Assembly: GCA_049719955.1 (NCBI GenBank)
Contig: JBNARC010000008.1
Coordinates: 26,131-90,130, forward strand
Reading direction: 5' to 3'
DNA: 64,000 bases
Source: Moorellales bacterium
Lineage (GTDB): Bacteria > Bacillota > DSM-521 > Neomoorellales > SLTJ01
Below the pieces are notes generated by a model. That model saw only the letters and a program-made list of their open reading frames with translations. It was not told where the DNA came from and ran no database searches. The stretch's first letter is position 1, and each line of letters starts with the position of its first letter. Both the position numbers and the translations under genes were made by a program. This document shows, piece by piece, positions 20,252 to 28,907 of the stretch.

Positions 20252-21940
20252 ATGCCGAAGAAGCAGGAGAAGGACAAATTTAGCTTTACCGTATGCGGGG
20301 AATTTTTTCCGGAAGTCTATCCCACCTCCCGGTCTTCCAGGTGGAGCCGCGGCGAAGAGGATCCCCTGGCGACGGAGATGCGTCTTTTCTCTGCCTGCCT
20401 GCGGTGGGCCTTTAATCGGCTTCTGGAAGGCGGTTCCCGCGATGAGATCAAGAAGCTCGGCCAGGAGCTTTTCGGGCTGAACTCCCGGTATGCAGACGAC
20501 GCGCGGCTTAAAGCAAAGGCCCTGCTGGACTCCCAGAAGGAGCTTCTGGAGCTGGAGATTGAGGAAACGGAGAAGAAACTGGGCCGGGCAAGGCAAAAAC
20601 TTGGCCTGGCCGCTAAGAAACTGGCCAGGGCCGAAAAGAAAGGTGTGGCTCCTGCCGAGCTGGAGAAGCTACGCCTTGCGGTCAGAGGCCGCCAGATGCG
20701 TGTGGCTTCTCTGGAGAGAAAGCTTTTCGAGCTAAAAGTTTACCGCCGGGACGGCGCCATACCCAAGGTGGTCTTCGGTGGCAAGAGGTTGTGGAAGAAA
20801 GTCTGCAAAGGCCGGGCCACACGGGAGGAGTGGCGGGCGGCCCGCCAAAACCGCCTCTACTGCCGGGGGGACGAGACCAAGGGCGGCAACGCGAACATAA
20901 AGGTCACTTACCGGGAGGGGGAGTTCTACCTGGCGGTAACCGTTTCCCACCTCTCGGAGAAGGTGGGCGAAGACAAACTCAACCGCCCCAGGATGAGCCG
21001 CGCCCCCAGGGTGGAGGGCAGGTTGTGGCTGCCAGAGAAACACCGGGACTTGGTGCGGGTTTGGCTGGCCATGAAGCTGCCCTACACGGTAGAGCTGGTC
21101 CGCACCCTGGAGGGCCGCTATATAGGGCATCTGACCTTTGATTTGGGCACCATACGGGAACCCGACTTTGCCAAAGGTTGTTTAGCCCTGGACACCAACC
21201 CTGACGGGGTGGGCTTATGTAACGTGAACGTTTCGGGCCAGCCGGAGCCGTGGCCGGAAGGCTTCAGTGTCCCCTACCCCGGCAGCCTGGGCAAGTACCA
21301 AGGAGAGTTTCAGGTCATCACCTATCCTAACGGTTTTCTGTATATCCGAGTGCCCGATCTCGCCTACACTTCCGGCTTCCGGAGGGACTACCTGATAGGC
21401 GTCTTAGCCCAAGTGGTGGTAGGCATAGCGTTCTCTTTGGGCAAGCCAATAGCCCTAGAGGACCTGGACTTCGGCAAAGACCGGCTGGACACCGACAAGA
21501 AATTCAACCGCGTGGCCGCAAACTTTCCCTTTGCCAGGATGGTGGAAGCCGTGTGCCGGAGGGCGGCCAGAGAAGGGGTGCCTTCCAAGCTCGTGGCTGC
21601 CCGGCACACCTCCACCATCGGGTACTGGAAGTACGCGAAGCGTTACGCCGTACCGGTGCACTGCGCGGCGGCGCTGGCTGTGGGCCGCCGGGCGATGGGC
21701 AGGAAAGAGCGGGTAACCAAAGAACTTAAACAACTGGTAGCCCGTATCAAGCAAGACCTGACCCAAAAGGTCAATCCTGATACGCCGGGGGAAGGAGAAG
21801 GGATGACCCGTGGGGTCAGGGCCGGCTTGAGGCGGCTGGAGGAAAGGCTCTTGCGGCATAACGGACTTACCCCGTGGCAGCAGGAGGCTTATACTTCCGT
21901 CTGGCGCGACTTAAAGCTTTTGGCCCTGTCCTTGCGGTGA
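20252..21940 (+). CDS. TnpB-related protein (IS200/IS605 OrfB-like RuvC-fold protein), non-canonical motif III, no zinc finger
   Basis: 562 aa. RuvC-I LALDTNPDG (Asp314). RuvC-II IALEDLDF (Glu403). TS-motif RHTSTIGYWKYAKRYAVPVHCAAALAVGRR, where His470 sits where TnpB has Asp and no CxxC pairs occur. Long helical insert at aa 84-165. Confidence 0.8.
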   Translation: MPKKQEKDKFSFTVCGEFFPEVYPTSRSSRWSRGEEDPLATEMRLFSACLRWAFNRLLEGGSRDEIKKLGQELFGLNSRYADDARLKAKALLDSQKELLELEIEETEKKLGRARQKLGLAAKKLARAEKKGVAPAELEKLRLAVRGRQMRVASLERKLFELKVYRRDGAIPKVVFGGKRLWKKVCKGRATREEWRAARQNRLYCRGDETKGGNANIKVTYREGEFYLAVTVSHLSEKVGEDKLNRPRMSRAPRVEGRLWLPEKHRDLVRVWLAMKLPYTVELVRTLEGRYIGHLTFDLGTIREPDFAKGCLALDTNPDGVGLCNVNVSGQPEPWPEGFSVPYPGSLGKYQGEFQVITYPNGFLYIRVPDLAYTSGFRRDYLIGVLAQVVVGIAFSLGKPIALEDLDFGKDRLDTDKKFNRVAANFPFARMVEAVCRRAAREGVPSKLVAARHTSTIGYWKYAKRYAVPVHCAAALAVGRRAMGRKERVTKELKQLVARIKQDLTQKVNPDTPGEGEGMTRGVRAGLRRLEERLLRHNGLTPWQQEAYTSVWRDLKLLALSLR

Positions 21941-22215
21941 CCCCGCTTAGCCGGTGTCGGGAAAAACCGGCAGGCGTCCTGACAGGACGCGGGAGGCGGG
22001 ACTAATTTCCCGCCGGAAGGCCAACACCGCCTGGCGGAAGCCTAAAGGTTCCCCGCTGTTAAGCGGCCCGTGCTGGTTGTGCCCTTCCGGCGAAGGCCTC
22101 CCGTCCGGGTGGGACTCCCGGGCCGAGGTCCCCTGTCGCCCTGCCCCCCGGGGGGCAAATCAAGTATCGGGAAGGAGGCGAAAGCCTGGTCTGGGGGCCG
22201 GCTTGGCTGGAGATA
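21941..22215 (+). ncRNA. candidate omega-RNA/reRNA-like structured transcript 3' of the tnpB-related gene
   Basis: At least 8 consecutive short GC-rich hairpins, for example 21974..21990, 21995..22014, 22053..22066, 22083..22096, 22105..22121, 22142..22157 and 22176..22187 (GAAA loop). The only ORF here is Arg-rich with no RBS. Confidence 0.3.
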
Positions 22216-22251
22216 AAAAACAGTCAAGTTTCTTGAACCAGGTGAGCAGGA

Positions 22252-23322
22252 GTGTGGGCTAAGCTGGAGGAGCTGGAATCCCGCTACGAAAACTTGAGCC
22301 GAGAACTGGCCGATCCGGCGATTATTGCCGATCCTGAGGCCTATCAGAAGCGGGCCCGGGCTCACGCCGAACTGGAGGAGATTGTGAGCACCTACCGCCG
22401 GTACAAGCGCGTGCGGCAGGAGATGGCCGAGGCCAGGCAGATCTTGGAGGAAGACGGGGATCGGGAACTGCGGGAACTGGCGGCCGCCGAGCTGGTGCGG
22501 TTGGAAGCCGAGGAAGAGGAACTAGAGCGCCGGCTCCGCCTGCTGCTCCTGCCCCGGGATCCTAACGACGAGAAGAACGTGATTATGGAGATCCGCGCCG
22601 GCGCCGGCGGGGAGGAGGCGGCGCTTTTCGCGGCCGATCTTTTCCGCATGTACAGCCGCTACGCCGAGGAAAAGGGCTGGCGGGTGGAACTGATAGACGT
22701 GCATCCCACGGAATTGGGCGGGTTTAAGGAAATCGTGTTCTCGGTGGACGGGCGGGGTGCCTACAGCCGCTTGAAGTTCGAGAGCGGGGTTCATCGGGTG
22801 CAGCGCATCCCGGTTACCGAGTCCGGCGGCCGCATTCATACCTCTACCGCCACGGTGGCGGTGCTTCCGGAGGCGGAGGAAGTGGAGGTGGAGATCGACC
22901 CCGAGGATCTGCGCATCGATACCTTCTGCTCCAGCGGACCAGGAGGGCAGTCGGTGAACACCACCAAGTCCGCGGTGCGCATTACCCACCTGCCCACCGG
23001 GCTGGTGGTCACCTGTCAGGACGAGAAATCACAGCACAAGAACAAGGAAAAGGCCCTGCGGGTGCTGCGGGCCCGGCTATTGGCCCTGGAGCAGGAGAAG
23101 CAGCAGAATGCGTTGGCCAGCGCCCGGCGTTCTCAGGTGGGAACCGGGGATCGCAGCGAGCGCATCCGCACCTATAACTTCCCTCAGGGTCGGGTTACCG
23201 ACCACCGCATCGGCCTTACCCTGCACAAATTGGACCAGGTGCTGGACGGAGATCTGGACGACATAATCGAGGTTCTGGTTACCACCGACCAGGCCGAGCG
23301 GCTGAAGGAAAGCGCCCTGTGA
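22252..23322 (+). CDS. prfA: peptide chain release factor 1
   Basis: N-terminus [15 protein letters not shown] tripeptide (RIPVTES), GGQ motif [12 protein letters not shown]. Confidence 0.95.
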   Translation: MWAKLEELESRYENLSRELADPAIIADPEAYQKRARAHAELEEIVSTYRRYKRVRQEMAEARQILEEDGDRELRELAAAELVRLEAEEEELERRLRLLLLPRDPNDEKNVIMEIRAGAGGEEAALFAADLFRMYSRYAEEKGWRVELIDVHPTELGGFKEIVFSVDGRGAYSRLKFESGVHRVQRIPVTESGGRIHTSTATVAVLPEAEEVEVEIDPEDLRIDTFCSSGPGGQSVNTTKSAVRITHLPTGLVVTCQDEKSQHKNKEKALRVLRARLLALEQEKQQNALASARRSQVGTGDRSERIRTYNFPQGRVTDHRIGLTLHKLDQVLDGDLDDIIEVLVTTDQAERLKESAL

Positions 23323-24416
23323 TCGTGGCCGAGGTGTTGCGGCAAACCGCCTGCCGTCTGAAGGCCCGCGCCGGTGCGGCTGCCCGGCTGGAGGCAGAAC
23401 TGCTGCTGGCCGAGGTACGGGGCCAAAGCCGGGCCCGGCTGCTGGCCGAGCTGCGTCGGCCGGTGTCCTCCGGCGAGCTGGCCGTTCTGGAGTATTTGGT
23501 AACCAGGCGTCTGGAAGGCGAGCCGGTGGCCTATCTACTGGGGCGCCGCGAGTTTATGTCCCTGGAATTTCGGGTAGGGCCGGGAGTGTTGGTACCCCGT
23601 CCGGAAACGGAAACCCTGGTGGAAAAGGCGCTGGAGATTCTGAGGCGGGGCCGGCGGCGCCGCCCGGTGGTGGCCGACGTGGGCACGGGCTGCGGTAACC
23701 TCGCCCTCAGTGTGGCCTACTATTTCCCCCGGGCTCGCATAGTCGCTACTGAGTTGTCTTCCGCCGCCCTGAGGTGGGCGCGCCTTAATGCCCGCCGGCT
23801 GGGGCTTTCCCACCGGGTGAAATTCTACCGGGGAGACTTGCTGCGCCCGCTGCTGTCCCGGCGCGGGGCTTTCCGGGACCGTGTGCCTCGGTACCGTTAC
23901 CGAGGTTATGGCACTTTCCCGCGGCGCTCAGGCTTGGGAGGTTCGCGGGCTCGCTCGCTTGTTTCGCCGCCCGCCGGCCGGAGCCTTCGGTCCAAGGCCG
24001 GCCCCGTTCTCCTTTGCCCCGGCGGGCCTCCGGTGCCGGCGGAACCCGACGCCGGCGGCTCTCGTGGTCGTCGAGGGCCGCGGGTGGACTTCGTACTGGC
24101 CAATCTGCCCTACATTCCCACCGGCCATCTAAAGTCGCTGCCCCCCGAGGTCCAACGCGAGCCTCGCCTGGCCCTGGACGGAGGTTCGGACGGTCTGGAC
24201 CTTTACCGGCGCCTGTTAAGGCAACTAGGCGGCGTTTTGCGTCCCGGAGGCTACCTGGTCTTGGAGATGAGTCCGGAGCAAGAAGATCCGCTGCGCCGGC
24301 TGCTGGTCGCCGCCGGGTTTCGACGCGTGGGGGTAATACGGGACGGCGCGGGTAGACCGCGGGGATTTTGCGGTCGGTTTTTCCCGGTAAAGCAGGGAAC
24401 CAGGGTAGGTTTGTAG
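23319..24416 (+). CDS. prmC: release-factor glutamine N5-methyltransferase PrmC/HemK, carrying an in-frame insertion of about 76 aa
   Basis: GTGA overlap with prfA. SAM motif [13 protein letters not shown]. Catalytic motif reads NLPY (24102..24113) instead of NPPY. The Arg/Gly/Pro-rich segment at aa 180-255 has no counterpart in PrmC proteins as I remember them. Confidence 0.85.
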   Translation: MIVAEVLRQTACRLKARAGAAARLEAELLLAEVRGQSRARLLAELRRPVSSGELAVLEYLVTRRLEGEPVAYLLGRREFMSLEFRVGPGVLVPRPETETLVEKALEILRRGRRRRPVVADVGTGCGNLALSVAYYFPRARIVATELSSAALRWARLNARRLGLSHRVKFYRGDLLRPLLSRRGAFRDRVPRYRYRGYGTFPRRSGLGGSRARSLVSPPAGRSLRSKAGPVLLCPGGPPVPAEPDAGGSRGRRGPRVDFVLANLPYIPTGHLKSLPPEVQREPRLALDGGSDGLDLYRRLLRQLGGVLRPGGYLVLEMSPEQEDPLRRLLVAAGFRRVGVIRDGAGRPRGFCGRFFPVKQGTRVGL

Positions 24417-24497
24417 TATTAGCAGGGAGGGGTAAGGCGGCGGTCGGGCTGAGTTGTCCGGGTACGGTCTAACCGCGAAAGGAGGTTCTCGGCAACG

Positions 24498-25952
24498 GTG
24501 GAAGCAAGACGCATGGTTTCTTGGGGTCTGGCCGGCACCCTGGCGGTGTTCGCTCAGGCGGCGCCCGCCTGGGCCAGTGGCGGCTCGGCCGGGGATTTGG
24601 GGCACCAGCTTCCCATTTGGAGTATTCTTCCTTTTGTGGGTATGCTCCTGTCCATTGCTGTTTGTCCGCTGGTAAACGCCCACTGGTGGGAAAAGAACAT
24701 GGCCAAGGTAAGCGCCTTTTGGGCGCTGGTTTTTTTCTTGCCCTTCCTGGTGGCCTACGGTTCCGGAACCGCCTTCACCCACGGCGTGGAAGTAATGCTT
24801 CTGGACTACGTGCCCTTTATTCTATTGCTCTTCGGTCTGTTTGTAGTATCCGGCGGCCTTATTCTCCGGGGAAGTCTGCGGGGTACCCCCGCGGTGAACA
24901 CGGTGCTCCTGCTTATCGGCACTCTCCTGGCCAGTTGGATAGGTACTACCGGAGCCAGTATGCTGCTCATCCGGCCGGTCATCCGGGCCAATGAATGGCG
25001 GCGCTACAAAGCCCACACCATCATCTTCTTTATTTTCCTGGTTTCTAATATCGGTGGAGCCCTCACTCCCGTGGGTGACCCTCCTCTATTCTTGGGCTTC
25101 CTGCGGGGAGTGCCGTTCTTCTGGACCATGAGGTTGATCGCCCCCATGGGCCTGAACGTGCTGGTATTGGCAGTCTTGTACTACCTGCTGGACAGCCATT
25201 GGTATCGGAAGGAAGCGGCCCCTCCGGACGATGGGGTTAAGGAGAAGTTGCGGGTGGAAGGGTTGCACAACCTGGTTTATCTGGCCATGGTAGTGGGCTC
25301 GGTAATCCTTAGCGGGATGTTGGCGAAAAACCCGCTTTTCGCGGATACGGCCACCGGCGAGCTGCGCGGCCTTACCGTGATGCGGCACGGAGAAGAGGCG
25401 GTGGTGTTACCGTACGTAGACCTGATCCGCGAGCCCATCATCTTGCTGGCCGCCCTGCTTTCCCTCCGGACCACCAGGCCGGAAATCCGGCGGGACAACC
25501 GCTTTACCTGGGGCCCCATTAAGGAGGTGGCCACCCTGTTTGCGGGCATCTTCGTAACCATGATACCCGCCCTGGCCATCCTCCACGCCCGGGGACCGGA
25601 ATTGGGCCTGACCCACCCGGCTCAATTTTTCTGGTGCACCGGAGCCCTGTCCAGCTTCCTGGATAACGCCCCTACCTACCTGGTGTTCATGACCACCGCC
25701 GCCAGCCTGGGAGCGGCTCAAGGAGTGCCTACCACCGTGGGGATAATAGATCCGAGAATGCTCCTGGCCGTTTCCTGCGGCGCGGTATTCATGGGGGCCA
25801 ATACTTATATCGGCAACGCGCCCAACTTCATGGTGCGGTCTATTGCCGAAGAGAATCAGATCCGCATGCCCAGCTTTTTCGGGTACATGGCCTGGTCGGG
25901 AGGAATTCTTCTGCCGCTATTCCTTTTGGACACGCTGGTGTTCTTCCGCTAA
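24498..25952 (+). CDS. ArsB/NhaD (CitMHS-like) superfamily ion transporter
   Basis: 484 aa and highly hydrophobic (about 11-12 TM). Permease layout resembles annotated sodium:proton antiporter or citrate-transporter-like proteins. Substrate unknown. Confidence 0.65.
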   Translation: MEARRMVSWGLAGTLAVFAQAAPAWASGGSAGDLGHQLPIWSILPFVGMLLSIAVCPLVNAHWWEKNMAKVSAFWALVFFLPFLVAYGSGTAFTHGVEVMLLDYVPFILLLFGLFVVSGGLILRGSLRGTPAVNTVLLLIGTLLASWIGTTGASMLLIRPVIRANEWRRYKAHTIIFFIFLVSNIGGALTPVGDPPLFLGFLRGVPFFWTMRLIAPMGLNVLVLAVLYYLLDSHWYRKEAAPPDDGVKEKLRVEGLHNLVYLAMVVGSVILSGMLAKNPLFADTATGELRGLTVMRHGEEAVVLPYVDLIREPIILLAALLSLRTTRPEIRRDNRFTWGPIKEVATLFAGIFVTMIPALAILHARGPELGLTHPAQFFWCTGALSSFLDNAPTYLVFMTTAASLGAAQGVPTTVGIIDPRMLLAVSCGAVFMGANTYIGNAPNFMVRSIAEENQIRMPSFFGYMAWSGGILLPLFLLDTLVFFR

Positions 25953-26003
25953 CGTAGGTGCGCGGGGCCCTGTACCCAACCAAGGAATGAGGAGGCTCGG
26001 CTT

Positions 26004-27074
26004 TTGCGCCGATCCACCCGGTACTGGCCGGTAAACCCCAAACGGCCGGATCCCGCCGTACTGGCGAGGGCGGCGCGGGTGCTGCAAAGGGGCGGCCTGG
26101 TGGCCTTTCCCACCGAAACCGTTTACGGGCTGGGGGCCAACGCTTTTTCCTCCCGGGCGGTGCGGGCAGTATTCGCGGCCAAGGGTAGGCCGCAGGACAA
26201 CCCGCTAATCGTGCACGTGGGGCGCCGGAGCCAGGTAACCGAACTGGTGCGCGAATTGCCTTGGGCCGCCGAAGTGCTCATGAAGCGGTTTTGGCCCGGC
26301 CCGCTCACCCTGGTTTTACCCGGCAACGGCCGGGTAGCCCCGGAGGTTACCGCGGGTCTGGACACCGTGGCCGTACGTATGCCCCGGCACCCGGTGGCGC
26401 TGGCGCTCCTGCGCCTCACCCGTCTGCCGGTAGCCGCACCCAGCGCCAATCTTTCCGGCCGCCCCAGTCCCACCCTGGGACGGCACGTGTTACAGGATCT
26501 GCGGGGACGCATAGATCTGGTGCTGGAAGCCGGCCCCGCCCAGGTGGGGGTAGAGTCCACGGTGCTGGACCTCACGACGAAGCCGCCGATGGTGCTGCGG
26601 CCGGGAGGGGTAGCGGTAGAGGATTTGGAGGCGGTAATCGGCCCGGTACGGTTGGATCCCACGGTACGGGGCGGCGCCGGACCGGAGGCCCGCCCCCGAG
26701 CCCCGGGGATGAAATATCGCCACTATGCTCCCCGCGCCCCTTTGTTGCTGGTAAGCGGGGAGCCCCGGGTGGTGGGGGAGCGGATGGCGGAACTGGTCCG
26801 ACAAGCCAAGGCAAAGGGGCAAAAGGTGGCGGTGCTGGCCAGCGACGAAACCGCCGCGGTATGTCGGCAAAAGGAGCTGCCGGATCTATTGGTGGCCCTG
26901 GGGCCGCGCCACGATCCGGCGGTGGCGGCGGCGCAGCTTTACGCCAGCCTGAAACTATGTGATCGCCAGGGCGTAAGTCTGATTTTGGCCGAGGCCTGGC
27001 CGGAGGAGGGTCTGGGTCTGGCCCTGTCCAACCGGCTCCGTAAGGCCGCCGGGGGCAGAATACTCCAAGCCTAA
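26004..27074 (+). CDS. tsaC: L-threonylcarbamoyladenylate synthase (Sua5/YwlC type, with C-terminal Sua5 domain)
   Basis: VAFPTETVYGLGANA, APSANLSGRPSPT. 356 aa, the long form. Confidence 0.9.
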   Translation: MRRSTRYWPVNPKRPDPAVLARAARVLQRGGLVAFPTETVYGLGANAFSSRAVRAVFAAKGRPQDNPLIVHVGRRSQVTELVRELPWAAEVLMKRFWPGPLTLVLPGNGRVAPEVTAGLDTVAVRMPRHPVALALLRLTRLPVAAPSANLSGRPSPTLGRHVLQDLRGRIDLVLEAGPAQVGVESTVLDLTTKPPMVLRPGGVAVEDLEAVIGPVRLDPTVRGGAGPEARPRAPGMKYRHYAPRAPLLLVSGEPRVVGERMAELVRQAKAKGQKVAVLASDETAAVCRQKELPDLLVALGPRHDPAVAAAQLYASLKLCDRQGVSLILAEAWPEEGLGLALSNRLRKAAGGRILQA

Positions 27075-27097
27075 GTATTGGAAGCGGAGAGGCGACG

Positions 27098-27793
27098 GTG
27101 AGCGCCGGATACCTCAGTCTTCTTGCCGGCTTGGCCACCTGGGTCGGAGGGTTACTGGTAACGCTTCTGGGGAGGCCCAACCGGTATTTCCTGGGCTGGC
27201 TTTTGGGATTAGCGGCCGGGGTAATGTTGGGGGTAAGCGCTCTGGACCTGGTGCCGGCGGCCCTGCACCTGGGCGGAGTCAGGGCTCTGGTGGTGGGGGC
27301 GGCACCGGTGGTACTGCTTTTGGTCAGGCTGCGTAAGGAACTGGTCGCCGAGTACGGGCCGGAACCGGACTACCGGCGATTGGGCTATCTGGTGGGGATT
27401 GGAGTGGCCCTGCACGATTTGCCCGAGGGAATGGCCATCGCCGTGGGGTATGCTGCCGGCCCGGCCGTAGGTTTGGGTTTGGCCGTAGCCATCGCCCTGC
27501 ACAACCTGCCCGAGGGCATGGTGATGGCCGGTCCCCTTCTGGCCGGGGGTTTTAGCCGGCGTCGCGTGCTGGCGCTTATCGGCCTGGTGGGGGCGGTTAC
27601 CCCGGTAGGAACCGGGCTGGGGCAGTGGGCGGTGAGAGCGGTACCCGCCGCTCTTTCCCCGCTTTTGGCCGCGGCCGCGGCGGCCATGTTTTTTGTGGCC
27701 CTGGCGGAACTCCTGCCGGCCGCCCGCACCCACCCGGTGTTGGCCAGCGCGGCCGGTCTGGTGGTGGGTTTGGGATTGAGCCGACTACTATAA
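27098..27793 (+). CDS. ZIP family divalent metal transporter
   Basis: Duplicated HDLPEGMAIA / HNLPEGMVMA motifs and multiple TM segments. Confidence 0.8.
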   Translation: MSAGYLSLLAGLATWVGGLLVTLLGRPNRYFLGWLLGLAAGVMLGVSALDLVPAALHLGGVRALVVGAAPVVLLLVRLRKELVAEYGPEPDYRRLGYLVGIGVALHDLPEGMAIAVGYAAGPAVGLGLAVAIALHNLPEGMVMAGPLLAGGFSRRRVLALIGLVGAVTPVGTGLGQWAVRAVPAALSPLLAAAAAAMFFVALAELLPAARTHPVLASAAGLVVGLGLSRLL

Positions 27794-27810
27794 GACGGGG
27801 AGCGGGAAGC

Positions 27811-28395
27811 GTGGGCTGGCCGGCAGTGCTGGGAGTGGCGGTAGCCCTGGGAACCGACGCCTTTTCCCTGGCGGTAGGCATGGGCCTGGTAGGAGTGAGC
27901 CGGCGCCGGGCGCTGGAGTTCGCCCTGCTGGTTTTGGGTTTGCATATACTCTTCCCCCTCGCCGGGTTGCTGTTGGGACAGTACCTGGGCCGGCTTCTGG
28001 GACGGGTGGCCGGGGTGGTGGGAGCCCTGGCCCTGATGGCCATCGGTACCCAGTTCCTGTGGGAGGGATGGCGCAGCCGGACCCCGGCCCCTACCGGACC
28101 CCGGATCGCGGTGGCGGGGGAAACATTCTCCCCTTCCGGTCCTTGGGGCCTCCTGGCCCTGGCCGGAAGCGTGAGCTTGGATGCCCTGACCGTCGGGTTT
28201 GGGCTGGGGGCGCTGCGGGTAGATTTATGGCTGACCGTGCTGGTTATGGGGGTTATTGCCGGCGGCATGACCTGGACGGGCTTTCTCTGCGGCCGTCGAT
28301 TGGGTGCCTGGGCCGGAGCCCGCAGTCGCCTGTTGGGCGGTGCGTTGTTGCTGCTTATTGCTTGGCGCTTGCTGGCGGAGGTATGGAAGCCATGA
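27811..28395 (+). CDS. mntP: manganese efflux pump MntP
   Basis: ORF 27625..28395. GTG 27811 preferred because the upstream part overlaps the ZIP gene. Motifs LGTDAFSLAVGMG and SLDALTVGFGLG. Confidence 0.85.
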   Translation: MGWPAVLGVAVALGTDAFSLAVGMGLVGVSRRRALEFALLVLGLHILFPLAGLLLGQYLGRLLGRVAGVVGALALMAIGTQFLWEGWRSRTPAPTGPRIAVAGETFSPSGPWGLLALAGSVSLDALTVGFGLGALRVDLWLTVLVMGVIAGGMTWTGFLCGRRLGAWAGARSRLLGGALLLLIAWRLLAEVWKP

Positions 28396-28883
28396 GCCGC
28401 ATTCTTTTCGTGTGCACCGGCAATACCTGCCGCAGCCCCATGGCCGCGGCGTGGGCGGAGGCCTGGTTGCGAAGCCGGGGGGTAGAAGGGGTAAGCGTAG
28501 AATCGGCGGGAGTGGGCGCTTGCGAGGGCCAACCGGCCAGCCCCGAGGCGTGCCTGGTAATGGCCGAAAAGGGCCTGGATTTGCGCCCGCACCGGGCCAG
28601 ACGCCTGCGAGAAGAGTTGCTGGCCGAGGCCGATCTGGTTCTGACCATGACGGCGGCTCAGCGGGAGAGCCTGCGGAGGTTGTGGCCGCAGTACGCGGGG
28701 CGCATATTCTCCCTGAAAGAGTACGCGGCCGGGGAGGAGCAACTGGATAGCTACGACGTGGCCGACCCTATAGGCAAGGGAGAAGAAGAATACCGGCGGT
28801 GCGCCGAGGAGCTACGCCGGGGGGTGGAGGCGGCCTTGGCGCGTTACCTCCGGGAAATTGGGGGTTCGGCAGGAAACCGGTAG
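28392..28883 (+). CDS. low-molecular-weight protein tyrosine/arginine phosphatase (YwlE-like)
   Basis: ORF 28059..28883. ATG 28392 preferred (ATGA overlap with mntP). P-loop FVCTGNTCRSPMA and DVADPIG. Confidence 0.85.
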   Translation: MSRILFVCTGNTCRSPMAAAWAEAWLRSRGVEGVSVESAGVGACEGQPASPEACLVMAEKGLDLRPHRARRLREELLAEADLVLTMTAAQRESLRRLWPQYAGRIFSLKEYAAGEEQLDSYDVADPIGKGEEEYRRCAEELRRGVEAALARYLREIGGSAGNR

Positions 28884-28907
28884 TAGGCGTCGAACTTATG
28901 GTCAAGT

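Larger units (their letters stand above)
20150..22215 (+). mobile_element. non-autonomous IS200/IS605-like insertion (tnpB-related gene only, no tnpA); boundaries approximate
   Basis: An accessory gene plus a structured tail interrupts an otherwise conserved rpmE-DUF1385-prfA-prmC block. The right edge is guessed from the switch from GC-rich hairpins to AT-rich sequence at about 22211. The left edge is unresolved. Confidence 0.4.

Noticed and set aside
21954-22262. 102-aa + strand ORF filling the gap between the tnpB-related gene and prfA
   Set aside because: It is extremely Arg/Gly/Pro-rich, has no RBS, and is made of back-to-back GC hairpins. Better explained as structured non-coding RNA or element end.
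20000-22400. Search for a CRISPR array or tracr-like repeats next to the TnpB/Cas12-like gene
   Set aside because: No direct repeats of 25-40 bp with regular spacers are visible here or anywhere else in the window. The gene is therefore treated as TnpB-like rather than a Cas12 effector.
23856-24083. prmC insertion considered as an intein or self-splicing intron
   Set aside because: There are no intein junction residues (no Cys/Ser/Thr start, no His-Asn end) or endonuclease blocks. At 228 nt it is too short for group I/II introns, and it is open in frame, so translated insertion is the simpler reading.
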